Positions 1 through 10,278 of a stretch of 64,000 bases of DNA are shown piece by piece. The DNA is from a virus, in the IMG/VR virus record IMGVR_UViG_3300033148_006239, positions 32,001-96,000 of that record, one strand, 5' to 3'. The position numbers were made by a program, and so were the translations under genes. The notes under the pieces are model-generated. The model saw only the letters and a program-made list of their open reading frames with translations, was not told where the DNA came from and searched no databases. Every line of letters starts with the position of its first letter. The stretch's first letter is position 1.

Positions 1-359
1 TTACTTAAATCAATTCCACATTTTTCTGCCAATGCGTTATTCCAACTTCTTTCGCCATTAACGTGTAAAACTTTATAACCCTGTTTTTGAACATCAACAT
101 AGACCATCATTAATACTAATGTTTTAAAAGTCCCTTCTAATCCATAGATTTCTATAACTTTGCCTTTAGGCATTCCTACTTCAAAATTACCACTCATTTG
201 ATAGTTCATATATAAACTACCAAATGAATAAGCATTGCTAGAATCTATTTGTTTGTATTCTTCATTAGTATTAATTAATGAAATTTTACCTTTGTACTTT
301 TCAACTAATGAATCAATTGTAATTTTTTTCTTTGATTTCTTTTTTTTCTTGTCTGACAT
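1..359 (-). CDS. recA: RecA/UvsX-like recombinase, N-terminal part (runs off window start)
   Basis: Not in the ORF track. Manual translation from ATG at 359 gives MSDKKKKKSKKKITIDSLVEKYKG...GMPKGKVIEIYGLEGTFKT...VLHVNGERSWNNALAEKCGID, matching the RecA GxPxGxxxEIYG-Walker A layout. Next to SSB and UvsY-like genes. Confidence 0.9.
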   Translation of the reverse strand, partial: MSDKKKKKSKKKITIDSLVEKYKGKISLINTNEEYKQIDSSNAYSFGSLYMNYQMSGNFEVGMPKGKVIEIYGLEGTFKTLVLMMVYVDVQKQGYKVLHVNGERSWNNALAEKCGIDLS

Positions 360-367
360 ATATTATA

Positions 368-1393
368 TTACCTAATATCATCAAGATCGTCATCGTCATC
401 ATCGTCATCGTCTGAATCATCGTCATCAAGATCGTCATCATCTTCAAGATCTTCATCGTCTTCTAAATCGTCATCATCAAGATCTTCTTCATCATCTTCT
501 TCAATTTTTACTTTTTTACTAGATTCTTTTTTCTTGTCTTTCTTTTTCTTATCTTTCTTTGATTTACTTTCAGTATCGTCGTCTTCTATATCGATATCAT
601 TTTCTTCTTCATAATCTTTAATAATTTGTTCAACTTCTTTACTATCGAGTAAACCAAAATATTTTGCAAGATCTTTTTCTTTAAGTTTTAATTGTTCTAA
701 TTGATCTTTGCTTAATTCAAGATTAGCTTTTATCGAAGTAATTTTAGGTACAATTTTACCATATTGATTTTGTTTTGTTGCACCTTCTTTATAAAAGTTA
801 ATAATATATTTAACAAGATCTGATGCTTTTTTAATATGAGTAACTTCAGGATCTAATATAAATTGCTTCATACCTGCCCAATGTTTCTTAGAAATTCTTA
901 ATTTTTGTACAGGTAATGGAAATGTATTACCATCATCATCTGGTTCAGTAGTAAAAATAGCACTCTTCTTTTCAACATTTTTACCTTTTTTATTTTTCTT
1001 CATCTCTGTAATCTCTCTGCCCTTAACACCGAGAAATATATAAGCCAATGATGCTTTAATTTCACTTGCCTTATTTTTCCAAATTTTTTCCATATTTTTA
1101 TCAGAATCTTTAAATGTTGAAGCTATCTTATATATCTTATTAGCCAAAGCACATACTTTGCACTTTCGTGGTGCATATCCTTCACCTTCTATACCCGCTT
1201 CACATGGTATAAACGTTTTCATACCATTGGTTTCAATAAAATGTCCATATCCTTCTTCAAGTTTTTTTGAAGCTAATGCGACATAATTCCTACCCTTATC
1301 GATTTGAATAAAATCTGGTGAATACTCATCATCCTTACCAGCTCTTTCCCAACTCTCATCAACTTGTTTTTCATTACCTAAATCAATAGCCAT
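368..1393 (-). CDS. Single-stranded DNA-binding protein (phage gp32-like) with long acidic tail
   Basis: His/Cys Zn-ligand pattern (GHF...IPC...CKVC), Lys-rich linker and poly-Asp C-terminus. Sits between RecA and UvsY-like genes. Confidence 0.65.
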   Translation of the reverse strand: MAIDLGNEKQVDESWERAGKDDEYSPDFIQIDKGRNYVALASKKLEEGYGHFIETNGMKTFIPCEAGIEGEGYAPRKCKVCALANKIYKIASTFKDSDKNMEKIWKNKASEIKASLAYIFLGVKGREITEMKKNKKGKNVEKKSAIFTTEPDDDGNTFPLPVQKLRISKKHWAGMKQFILDPEVTHIKKASDLVKYIINFYKEGATKQNQYGKIVPKITSIKANLELSKDQLEQLKLKEKDLAKYFGLLDSKEVEQIIKDYEEENDIDIEDDDTESKSKKDKKKKDKKKESSKKVKIEEDDEEDLDDDDLEDDEDLEDDDDLDDDDSDDDDDDDDDLDDIR

Positions 1394-1403
1394 AATTTAC
1401 TCC

Positions 1404-1658
1404 TTAATTTATATCGTTCGAAAAATATAAAAAGACTTTTTTCTTTTTATGATAAAGATGAGCGGTTAACTCTTTATCATAATCTTCAAGTGATATTATT
1501 TCACCAATAATATCCCATAGTTTTTTATTAGACTCTTTGAGCCATCTTGAGGCTTTTCTATAGGCTACATCAGCATCATCACTAATATCGATTAAAGGCT
1601 TTATAATCTCGCATTCTTCATCAGTCAATTCTATGGTTTTAAAAAGTTTACCGTCCAT
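1404..1658 (-). CDS. Hypothetical protein
   Basis: ORF with GGAG RBS, packed in the operon. Confidence 0.7.
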   Translation of the reverse strand: MDGKLFKTIELTDEECEIIKPLIDISDDADVAYRKASRWLKESNKKLWDIIGEIISLEDYDKELTAHLYHKKKKVFLYFSNDIN

Positions 1659-1669
1659 ACTGTTTACTC

Positions 1670-2200
1670 CTAATTATCAAGATCATCTAAAGAATGTTCA
1701 TCTCCATCACTAAATTCTGGTATGTCTGGATTTGACATTTTCATTTCACTTCGTCTCATAGCTCCTATAGACTGTAGCATCTTAAATAACACTTCGAATG
1801 ATTTTATAACATTAGAAATTGTTTTTAATTTAAATTCTTCTTCTCTGATTTTATCTGTCTTTGTCTTATAGACAGATATTTCTTTACCTTTCTTCGACAT
1901 TTTCTTTTGTAACATTACACTTTCTTTTACACTTGTTTCTGTTACTGCTTTTCCTACAGATTGTCTTACCTCTCTTTTAGCATTTGAAAGCCAAATATCA
2001 AAACTATCTTTTAATTCAGAAACAATTCTATTTTGTTCATTCTGAATCATCAACCAATAACCATAGATAGCCGGAGTTTCACACATTTTTTTAGCTAAAT
2101 CGACTTTGTTGTAATTAACCTTTAAACTTTCTGAAAGTTTTTCATTAATTACAAAGTCTTTAACTTTCATATTAATTGTATCAAAATCTTCAAGACCCAT
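1670..2200 (-). CDS. UvsY-like recombination mediator
   Basis: All-helical 176-aa protein (PAIYGYW...KAVTETSVKESV...LQSIGAMRRSEM) beside SSB and RecA. Confidence 0.55.
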   Translation of the reverse strand: MGLEDFDTINMKVKDFVINEKLSESLKVNYNKVDLAKKMCETPAIYGYWLMIQNEQNRIVSELKDSFDIWLSNAKREVRQSVGKAVTETSVKESVMLQKKMSKKGKEISVYKTKTDKIREEEFKLKTISNVIKSFEVLFKMLQSIGAMRRSEMKMSNPDIPEFSDGDEHSLDDLDN

Positions 2201-2202
2201 AA

Positions 2203-2589
2203 TTATTGACCCTCAACTTCATCCCAATCATCATTTGTGATTGTTTCATTATTTTGTTTTTTTACTTTAGACTTTTTCTTTTTTCTAAATTGTGCCTGTT
2301 CGGGATTTCTTTCTTTTTCCTTTTTACTAATACTTACAATATATTTTTTAATTTGTTCAGTATCATATTCTTCAGGAAAATCAAGATCTTTTAAATACAA
2401 AGATACAAGCAATGATTTAACAACTATTTTATTGAAGCCACCAAATGACTTTTTTGACTTTAATTTACCACTGTTAATCCAGTTATTAACTGTAGGAACT
2501 GAAACACCCATTAATTTTGCAACCTTTGTTGTTGTTAAAAGTTCATTTAACCTTTCTTTAGTATTGCTCATTATGTTTCTCCTCATCAA
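2203..2589 (-). CDS. Excisionase/MerR-type HTH DNA-binding protein
   Basis: LLTTTKVAKLMGVSVPTVNNWINSGKLKSKKSFGG is a typical HTH_17 pattern. Confidence 0.8.
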   Translation of the reverse strand: MMRRNIMSNTKERLNELLTTTKVAKLMGVSVPTVNNWINSGKLKSKKSFGGFNKIVVKSLLVSLYLKDLDFPEEYDTEQIKKYIVSISKKEKERNPEQAQFRKKKKSKVKKQNNETITNDDWDEVEGQ

Positions 2590-2915
2590 TCATCATCTTC
2601 GTCATCGTCATCAAGATCTTCGTCGTCCGAATCAGCATCTGAATCATCGTCATCGTCATCTGAATCATCGTCATCGTCATCTGAATTATCGTCATCGTCA
2701 TCTGAATCATCGTCATCGTCATCTGAATCATCGTCATCGCCATCCCAATCATCATCGTCATCGTCATCATCGTCATCGTCATCATCGTCTGAATCATCGT
2801 CATCATCTGAATCATCGTCATCATCTGAATCATCGTCATCGTCTGAATCATCTGAATCATCGTCATCTACCGAATCAACAATTTCGTCATCATCAAGATC
2901 ATCATCGTCAAAATC
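2586..2915. repeat. Low-complexity tandem repeat (TCA/TCG triplets; 18-21 nt units such as TCTGAATCATCGTCATCGTCA) encoding poly-Asp/Ser
   Basis: Repeat units directly visible; 21-nt units at about 2638-2730. Confidence 0.95.
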
Positions 2916-3269
2916 TTCTAAGTCTGCTGTTAGTTTAGGATCGTCGTCTGAAATATCATTTTCAGGTTCTTTCTTCTTTTTAGATTCTTTTTTCTTTGTA
3001 GCTTTTGGCTTAGATATACTACTTTTTCTTTCTTTTTTAGCTTCAAACCCCTCATCTTTTGCAGTCACTTTGATATAATATTCATACCAAACTCTTTCTT
3101 TACCTTCTGCTACACCTTCAGGTGGAACTTTATCAATAACACTATCAATAATAGTATCAAGATTTGTTTCACCCTTTTTCATTAATTTCAAAGCTTCATC
3201 TTTTACATTAGCAATCACAGACGAAATCTTCTTTTTTACTGTTATTTCTTTTTTCTTTGCTTTGCTCAT
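2586..3269 (-). CDS. Basic N-domain protein with ~110-aa poly-Asp tail
   Basis: AAGGAG RBS and promoter-like motif upstream. Lys-rich N-half, then (S)DDDDDD repeats. Confidence 0.8.
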   Translation of the reverse strand: MSKAKKKEITVKKKISSVIANVKDEALKLMKKGETNLDTIIDSVIDKVPPEGVAEGKERVWYEYYIKVTAKDEGFEAKKERKSSISKPKATKKKESKKKKEPENDISDDDPKLTADLEDFDDDDLDDDEIVDSVDDDDSDDSDDDDDSDDDDDSDDDDDSDDDDDDDDDDDDDDWDGDDDDSDDDDDDSDDDDDNSDDDDDDSDDDDDDSDADSDDEDLDDDDEDDD

Positions 3270-3290
3270 AAATTTGCTCCTTTTAATTAA

Positions 3291-3317
3291 ATAACATTAA
3301 ATTAATAAATTTAACAT
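3291..3317 (-). promoter_or_regulatory. Candidate phage-sigma promoter ATGTTAAA-N13-TGTTAT (copy 1)
   Basis: Exact bipartite match shared with 18147-18173 and 21750-21776; all are intergenic and on the coding strand. Confidence 0.65.
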
Positions 3318-6300
3318 TATTTTTTTATTAGTCTTGTTTTATAATTATTATCTAATAAAAGAGAATAATTACCATTATATTCATTAACATTAACTCTTGA
3401 AATATAGAATCCATTTTTCTTGAAAATATCATCAAGTGCAGACCATAACGAAGAAAAAATTGTTAAATCATATTGATTACCATTAAACAATTCAATCTTT
3501 ACAAAAGCCATTTGATTTCCACGTTTATCATTTGTTTTTCTAATTTCAATAACTCTATATAAAACAATATATTTATCATCAGTTTCTTCTAATATTATTT
3601 CATCTGTTAAGTCATACTTTTTACTTATTTTATTATACTTATCTTCACCCAAAAACGCAATAAATGGATTACTAAAATTATAACCAAATAATCTACTTTC
3701 AGTCTCAATTAAATTATCTTGACCATAATGTTCAAAGATTTTTAATTTATGTCTTCTTTGCTCTGTTATAATTTTGTTATCAGGTAATCCCTCTTCGTTA
3801 TACTTATTAATATAATAATCAAAAACTTTTATATTTTCTTTTTGTTTTTTAGTTGCTTTACTTTTTCTCATTCCCCATAATAAATAAGCACCATATATCT
3901 CTTTATAAGTATAACCAAAAGAATCAAAAAGCCCTGCTTCGATCATTATTTCAATGATCTTAATAGTAACTCTTCTCCAACTAATTTTACTATCCATATT
4001 AAAAAAATCATTAATTGTATTATAAGGTCTATTTGTATTTAATTCAAAAGCAGCCTTATCACCTATACCTTTTACATTCTCAAAGCCAAATATAATTGAC
4101 TTATCAATAATAGAAAAATTAGAGTGAGATTTTGTTAGATCTGGTTTTGATATTGAAAACTTATTATTATATTTAAGAAACTCATTAATAATTGTTTTAA
4201 AGTCTTCAAATTTAGAATTAATTAAAACCGCACAATAAAATTCTAAAGTCTTATAACACTTTAACCATGCCGATTGAAAAGCTACCATAGCATAACTAAC
4301 AGAATGTGCTCTATTAAATCCATATAAAGAAAACTTTTGCATAAAGTCCCAAATTATTTTAGACTTCTTTTTATCAATATCATGTTCTTCAAAACCTTTA
4401 AAAACAACTTTCTTCATATTATCTAAGTTTTCAAAATGCTTACGATAATCATCAGGTTTTATTTGTTTCATCCTTGCCAAAGAACGTGCATCATATTTAC
4501 CTAATATTTTTCTTAATTTATCTGTTTCCTCAAGAGATAATCCACCTATTACATTGGCTATCTCCATAACTTGCTCTTGGTATATTAAAACACCAAATGT
4601 TTTTTCAAGAACAGGCTTTAATTTTTCATGTGGATATTCGATATCCTTAGGATTATTGTAATTATTTATAAAAGTATCAACAACACCACCATATATTGGG
4701 CCCGGTCTATATAAAGCATTTATTGCAGCAATATCTTCAAATTTATCAGGAAGCATTTGTTGAATTACTTTTCTAATTCCATGTCCTTCAAATTGAAATA
4801 CTGCAACCATAAAATCTTTCCAAAAGATTTTTTTATAAACTTTAATATCATTAATATCAACAATATCAGGATGTATTTTCAAATAATATTTTCTATAAAT
4901 CTTTTTATCACCATTTGAAATTAACTTTAAAACATCATCAATAATTCTTAAAGTCTTTAGTCCTAAAATATCGTATTTGACATGACCTATTGCCGTTAAT
5001 CCTCTTGCATATCCTCCCTCTTGAGGACTTAATTGTAATTGCATTAAATCACCACGGGGTGCGTATGTTGCACAAGTTTCATATATATTTGGATAAACAA
5101 TAATTCCAGACGCATGCTTACCTATATGTTTAATTTTACCTGTTAGCTTCTTCATTGTTATTGCTAATTCTTCATTTTCAGGTTTTTCAATAAACTCTCT
5201 AAACGAATCGCAACATTCAATCGCATCAGCAAAATAAATATTATGTTTATCATCTCTAGTATTTTCTTCTTTTTTAATCCAAACATCAAAAGCAGTTTTA
5301 ACATCTTTAGCAATACTATTTACAAGTCCAATATCTATATTATATATTCTACAAACATCTCTAAAAACACCTTTAAATTGAAATGTTCCATAATTAGATA
5401 CTAAAGCGACTGATGTATTTACAATTTCACCATCTTCATTTTTCTTATTAAAATATTCAAACATAAAATCTTTAACAAAATTATTATCACTGAAATCAAT
5501 ATCAATATCAGGTAATTCATTTCTACCAGGATTTAAAAATCTTTCAAAATATAACCCAAATCTTATTGGATCTATTTGAGTTATTCCCAAGCAATACGAA
5601 ACTAGACACCCTGCCGCACTGCCCCTCCCAACTCCAACAAGTATTCCACGTTTCTTAACTTGCTTAACTAAATCAAAAACAGATAAAAAATAATCATATA
5701 TTTTTTTATCTTTTATGACAATTAATTCATATTCTAATTGTTTTTTATATCTTTCTTCATCATAATCTTTAATCGATTTAGATCTTTTTTCAAGTCCAAT
5801 AAATGATTGTTTCTTTAAAAAATTAAATCTTTCATCTTCATCTTTGTCTTCAAATCCAACAGGAACAATTAATTTATTTGTACAATCATATTCGATATCT
5901 TTAATCTTTTCAAATATTTCAACTGTATTATCACATAATTCATTTAAAACATTATCACTATTATCAGAACCATATTGCTCACTTGAATTAAATACTTCAG
6001 ATCTTGATTTTATATAAAGTTGTTTAGCATCAAATTCCCATAATAATTCAGATGATTTTTTATCTTTATCTGATATATCACCAGTTGTTTTCTTAATACC
6101 TGATTGTAAATACAAAAGATTTCTGTGTGTTATATAATCTTCTTTATCAACATAATGTGAATCAACTGTAATAATTGGTTTTATATCAAATTTTTTAGCA
6201 AACTTTAATAATCTTTTATTAGATTTATTTTGATCAGCTATTTCATTAAATTGAAGTTCTATATAGAAATCATCACCGAATAACTTTTTATAACGTTTAA

Positions 6301-6775
6301 CAAATTTAATTGCATCTTCTTTATTATTGTTCAAACAATGTTGTTGTAATTCACCCGCAATACAAGCAGTTGAAACAATTACATTTCCTACAAGTTCATC
6401 TCTAAATGATTTTATTAATTCCCAATCTATTCTTGGTCTTGAATAAAAATACTTATGTGATTCATAAAGTAATTTAAACAACATTCTTAATCCATCGTAA
6501 TTCTTAGCAAGCATCAATAAATGATTTCTCTTTTCATTTTTAATTCTTGTGTTCTTGTCTTTAGTAACATAAAACTCAATACCATAAATAGGTCTTATAT
6601 CTTTATCTTTACAAAAAGAATGCATTTCAGACCATGCACACATATTACCGTGATCAGTTATAGCTATTCCTTTTTGTTTCAAATCGATAGCTTTTTGTAT
6701 TATTTGATCAGGGCTATTTAATCCATCTCTAAATGAAAAATGCGAATGTGTATGCAAATGAATAAAATCTTTCAT
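3317..6775 (-). CDS. dnaE: DNA polymerase III alpha subunit (family C)
   Basis: PHP motifs HLHTHS..DG, TDHG, DSHY; GRGSAAG; catalytic PDIDIDF; KHASG; FNRAHS; C-terminal OB fold. Confidence 0.98.
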   Translation of the reverse strand: MKDFIHLHTHSHFSFRDGLNSPDQIIQKAIDLKQKGIAITDHGNMCAWSEMHSFCKDKDIRPIYGIEFYVTKDKNTRIKNEKRNHLLMLAKNYDGLRMLFKLLYESHKYFYSRPRIDWELIKSFRDELVGNVIVSTACIAGELQQHCLNNNKEDAIKFVKRYKKLFGDDFYIELQFNEIADQNKSNKRLLKFAKKFDIKPIITVDSHYVDKEDYITHRNLLYLQSGIKKTTGDISDKDKKSSELLWEFDAKQLYIKSRSEVFNSSEQYGSDNSDNVLNELCDNTVEIFEKIKDIEYDCTNKLIVPVGFEDKDEDERFNFLKKQSFIGLEKRSKSIKDYDEERYKKQLEYELIVIKDKKIYDYFLSVFDLVKQVKKRGILVGVGRGSAAGCLVSYCLGITQIDPIRFGLYFERFLNPGRNELPDIDIDFSDNNFVKDFMFEYFNKKNEDGEIVNTSVALVSNYGTFQFKGVFRDVCRIYNIDIGLVNSIAKDVKTAFDVWIKKEENTRDDKHNIYFADAIECCDSFREFIEKPENEELAITMKKLTGKIKHIGKHASGIIVYPNIYETCATYAPRGDLMQLQLSPQEGGYARGLTAIGHVKYDILGLKTLRIIDDVLKLISNGDKKIYRKYYLKIHPDIVDINDIKVYKKIFWKDFMVAVFQFEGHGIRKVIQQMLPDKFEDIAAINALYRPGPIYGGVVDTFINNYNNPKDIEYPHEKLKPVLEKTFGVLIYQEQVMEIANVIGGLSLEETDKLRKILGKYDARSLARMKQIKPDDYRKHFENLDNMKKVVFKGFEEHDIDKKKSKIIWDFMQKFSLYGFNRAHSVSYAMVAFQSAWLKCYKTLEFYCAVLINSKFEDFKTIINEFLKYNNKFSISKPDLTKSHSNFSIIDKSIIFGFENVKGIGDKAAFELNTNRPYNTINDFFNMDSKISWRRVTIKIIEIMIEAGLFDSFGYTYKEIYGAYLLWGMRKSKATKKQKENIKVFDYYINKYNEEGLPDNKIITEQRRHKLKIFEHYGQDNLIETESRLFGYNFSNPFIAFLGEDKYNKISKKYDLTDEIILEETDDKYIVLYRVIEIRKTNDKRGNQMAFVKIELFNGNQYDLTIFSSLWSALDDIFKKNGFYISRVNVNEYNGNYSLLLDNNYKTRLIKK

Positions 6776-6776
6776 A

Positions 6777-7067
6777 TTAATTTAAATCTCTTGTTATAAC
6801 GTCTGCTTTAAACTCGTTTTGACTAATTGTATAATGAATATCAATTACAACACAATTCTTTAATCTATGCTCTTTGATAAATTTTTCATTTAAAAAATAA
6901 TCAAGAGATTTATTTAATTCCCAATTATAATTGGCATGAATTGTAACAATAAATTGTTTCTCTAGTTGATTATCTTTTATTCTAAATAAATTAGTTTTCA
7001 TATTAATTTCTTTCCCAGACACTAGGTCTATTATTCCAAAATCCTGTTTTAATAGGACTATATCCAT
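6777..7067 (-). CDS. Hypothetical protein (true start probably near 7003)
   Basis: Fills the gap between the methyltransferase and dnaE. Confidence 0.55.
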   Translation of the reverse strand: MDIVLLKQDFGIIDLVSGKEINMKTNLFRIKDNQLEKQFIVTIHANYNWELNKSLDYFLNEKFIKEHRLKNCVVIDIHYTISQNEFKADVITRDLN

Positions 7068-7794
7068 AATCTTTCAATATAAAACTAAATAACTTTGATA
7101 AAGATCTCCTTGAATATAATTTTCCTTCATATATTGTTTCATTAAAATGTCCTGTTTGTACAATATTAAATCCATTTGCAACTACAAATATTCTTGGATT
7201 ACATTGTACTATAATAGACTCTAAATGATCGATTGTATTTTCTATATGTTCAAAATATTCACTACAAAAAGCAATGTCACATTCAGATAATTTACTATAA
7301 TTATGTTCTATTTTTATATTGTCATTTTTTCTTGCAACAAATCTAGCTATTTTATATTGCTTTGATTGTTTTAAATTTGTACCAATAATATTTGCCTCTG
7401 AATAAGCTTCAGACAATGCACATGTTGTAAATCCTATACCACATCCAAAGTCTATAACTGTTTCTATATCCTCATAATTTAATGTTGCTAATCTTTTAAC
7501 ATAATTTTTAGAATCAAAAAGCCATCCATATAAAGCTATTGCTAAATAATATGATCCATCATATACTGAATAATCAGGTATTGCTAATTTCAAAGATCGA
7601 TACCAACGATTTATATATTTAAATCTTGACTCAAATGGATCAAAATTATTTCCTTCTTTAATTTCATCTATTGCAAGTTCTTCATTTTTATTAATTTCCT
7701 CTTCTGTAATATCATTAAATAATCCCATTATAATTTTTTTAAAATATTTTTTTGTAATTTTTTGATTTGAATTTAAAAAATTAATATCGTGCAT
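7003..7794 (-). CDS. Class I SAM-dependent methyltransferase
   Basis: VIDFGCGIG motif I; CSEYFEHI post-motif. Confidence 0.85.
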   Translation of the reverse strand: MHDINFLNSNQKITKKYFKKIIMGLFNDITEEEINKNEELAIDEIKEGNNFDPFESRFKYINRWYRSLKLAIPDYSVYDGSYYLAIALYGWLFDSKNYVKRLATLNYEDIETVIDFGCGIGFTTCALSEAYSEANIIGTNLKQSKQYKIARFVARKNDNIKIEHNYSKLSECDIAFCSEYFEHIENTIDHLESIIVQCNPRIFVVANGFNIVQTGHFNETIYEGKLYSRRSLSKLFSFILKDYGYSPIKTGFWNNRPSVWERN

Positions 7795-8808
7795 TTATTC
7801 ATCCATAAATAATGATTTTTCATAATCTGATAATCTATTAAAACTATCTCTATCTGAACTAAAATTGATCCAATCATTTGGGTCATTTATTGGTAATCCT
7901 AATTGATCTTCTAAAGTCTTTTTATCAGTACAGCTTTGATTAAAAGTTGAATAATCTGTACCTGAAGAATGTCTACCGCATGATGAAAATAAACATCCAA
8001 AAGCATTACTTAAATGATCATCTTTTGAATAAGTACATTTTTTTGATCTATCACATCCAGGTCTTAACGTATCTGCAATCAAACTTAATCCTAACTTTTC
8101 GATTTTATATCTAATCAACCAATGTAATCCAACAATAAATTCTTCTTCACAAAATTGCATTCTTCTATTACACTGACCCATCAATGCTAATAAATTTTGT
8201 GTAAAATGATAAGGATGATGATAACTCATAGGTAATACAGATCTAGCTGCTTGCCATGTACCTTGATCTTCTTTAACTATCATTTCATAAATATCTTTCA
8301 TTTGTTTAAAATGTTCGATAATAATATCTCTTAATTGTGCATCTTCTTCAAATAATTCTTTATAATATGTATATAAAATAATTGATGCATCTAATTTATT
8401 ATTGTCTCTACAACCGCTTGACCCAAACCCAGTTCCTATTCTTGCTCTTGCGTGTTGATCAAAACAATGTCGTGGTAAACCTGTAACTTTAAAAGTAAAC
8501 GTAACTGATTCTAAAGCTGTTGGTAATGTATTACCAGTCAAAGCAGATAATACAACAAAATATCTATTCAATGGATCTAATTCATTCCATTTATTAATAT
8601 AATCATCATTACCCCATGTTGCAGTAGCTATTGCAAAAATTGATTTATATGGATTTTCATTATAATCAATTATTTCAACATCAAGTTTTTCACACCCAAA
8701 ATATATATATGTCTCTTTTACAGGTCTTTCAGATGGCAATGTTCCCATTGCTTCTCTTAATTCATTAATTCTTTCATTTGTCATATTTACTCCTTCATAC
8801 TTTCCCAA
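7795..8808 (-). CDS. Divergent ThyX-like (flavin-dependent thymidylate synthase fold) protein
   Basis: ALESVTFTFKVTGLPRHCFDQHARAR...RD and QAARSVLP, plus a Cys-rich C-terminus. Canonical RHR...SxRY appears as RAR...GCRD. Likely start is MTNE (~8784). Confidence 0.85.
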   Translation of the reverse strand: MGKYEGVNMTNERINELREAMGTLPSERPVKETYIYFGCEKLDVEIIDYNENPYKSIFAIATATWGNDDYINKWNELDPLNRYFVVLSALTGNTLPTALESVTFTFKVTGLPRHCFDQHARARIGTGFGSSGCRDNNKLDASIILYTYYKELFEEDAQLRDIIIEHFKQMKDIYEMIVKEDQGTWQAARSVLPMSYHHPYHFTQNLLALMGQCNRRMQFCEEEFIVGLHWLIRYKIEKLGLSLIADTLRPGCDRSKKCTYSKDDHLSNAFGCLFSSCGRHSSGTDYSTFNQSCTDKKTLEDQLGLPINDPNDWINFSSDRDSFNRLSDYEKSLFMDE

Positions 8809-9761
8809 ATTTTATCTATTATATCTGCATAATTTTGATATTCTATAGAGTATTCATCATAAATTCCTTCAAACATTTCTTCTAGATAATCCATATCACA
8901 TATATGATCACCTAAATAATCTCCAGTATCATGTATATTAATACTATTATTCCAACCGTATGTACATTTTATATAATCAACTATATCTTCAAATTTAACA
9001 GGCACACCTTTGGCTAAATTAATACTTTTATGAATATACTTTTTTGTTATTAACAAATTTTTAGTATATTCATATTCAGTAAATGCATATATATCTAATA
9101 TAATTGACAATAACTTTGAAAAATCATCGATATAAAAATAATCTTTATATTTATTATATTCTAAATAGATATCAAGTTTCTCTTTTTTATGAAAACGAAT
9201 ATGTCTTAGTATTAAATTTATCATACTTGAATTATCGTAAGGATAATCACCACATACAAAAACAGGTCTAACATTAAACCAATCAATATCTTTATTTATA
9301 AATAAAATATCTTCAGCTGCTTTTTTAGTTATACCATATAACGAAGGATGATTTTCAAATGGTTTAGCGTTATTGCAAAATCCACCAATAGAAGTATCAA
9401 ATTCAAATGGATCAAATATAGTTGTGCTACTAAAATTGATTAAAGGTAAATCGAACTCTCTACATATTTTAATAATATTCTGTGTCCCTAAAACGTTTGT
9501 TAAAATAGTTTCTTCTTCATTGTTTATACATCTATGTGTTCCTACAACTGCGGCTATATGTATAATAGCATCAGGTTTCCAATCATTAATTGCATTTCTC
9601 ATTTGAGTATAATCTTTAACATTAAAATGAAATCTTTCTGTATCTAATCCGTCATTATAAGTTGGATAAATATCTGGCATAATATCATATTTATGACTTA
9701 ATTGTTTATCTAAGCCACGTGCAATCATTCCATTATGACCTGTTAAAAATAATTTATACAT
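8787..9761 (-). CDS. Extended SDR, NAD-dependent NDP-sugar epimerase/dehydratase/reductase
   Basis: TGHNGMIA Rossmann motif, IIHIAAVVG, TNVLGT, FSST and catalytic YGITK (YxxxK). Confidence 0.9.
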   Translation of the reverse strand: MYKLFLTGHNGMIARGLDKQLSHKYDIMPDIYPTYNDGLDTERFHFNVKDYTQMRNAINDWKPDAIIHIAAVVGTHRCINNEEETILTNVLGTQNIIKICREFDLPLINFSSTTIFDPFEFDTSIGGFCNNAKPFENHPSLYGITKKAAEDILFINKDIDWFNVRPVFVCGDYPYDNSSMINLILRHIRFHKKEKLDIYLEYNKYKDYFYIDDFSKLLSIILDIYAFTEYEYTKNLLITKKYIHKSINLAKGVPVKFEDIVDYIKCTYGWNNSINIHDTGDYLGDHICDMDYLEEMFEGIYDEYSIEYQNYADIIDKIWESMKE

Positions 9762-9771
9762 TTATTTTACC

Positions 9772-10278
9772 TCAATCATCGTCGGGATATGCACCTCTAG
9801 AATACCAAGAATCATCATCAAGATCATTATTGATAACATCATTCATATCATCGCAAATCTCCATAAAATTTTGTAATTTATTAACACAAGCGTCAATATT
9901 ATTTGCCGATGTATTTATTTCAATAAAATTCGCCTTTAGTTTATTGACAATATCAATGAAAATTGTTTGTTGATAAAATAGACTGCGTCTTGAAATAGTA
10001 TGACACTTCATTTCATCAGTAGATTCAATTCTCTCAAGAAAATCATTCGCATTTACTATACATAAAACTATTACAGAATGTTTACAAATATCTTTACTTA
10101 TTTTATATAAAATATCATTATCATGTTCTCTTTTATAAACTTTATTATATACTAATTGTGAAAGAATACTTCTGTCGTGACAAACATATTGATAATTATT
10201 TTGTAATTCAAAATTACGTCTCAATGTTGATTTACCTGACTTATCAATACCTTCAAAGAATATTAATTTACTCATCAA
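9772..10278 (-). CDS. Thymidylate-kinase-like dNMP kinase
   Basis: FFEGIDKSGKST P-loop and DRSILSQLVY motif. Confidence 0.88.
   Translation of the reverse strand: MMSKLIFFEGIDKSGKSTLRRNFELQNNYQYVCHDRSILSQLVYNKVYKREHDNDILYKISKDICKHSVIVLCIVNANDFLERIESTDEMKCHTISRRSLFYQQTIFIDIVNKLKANFIEINTSANNIDACVNKLQNFMEICDDMNDVINNDLDDDSWYSRGAYPDDD

Noticed and set aside
2586-2915. Possible CRISPR array or iteron set
   Set aside because: Triplet-based coding repeat with no unique spacers.
2237-2938. Plus-strand His/Arg-repeat ORF and the minus-strand MTMIQ-repeat ORF (2558-2866)
   Set aside because: Both are alternative-frame shadows of the poly-Asp repeat. The Asp frame has the RBS and fits the operon.
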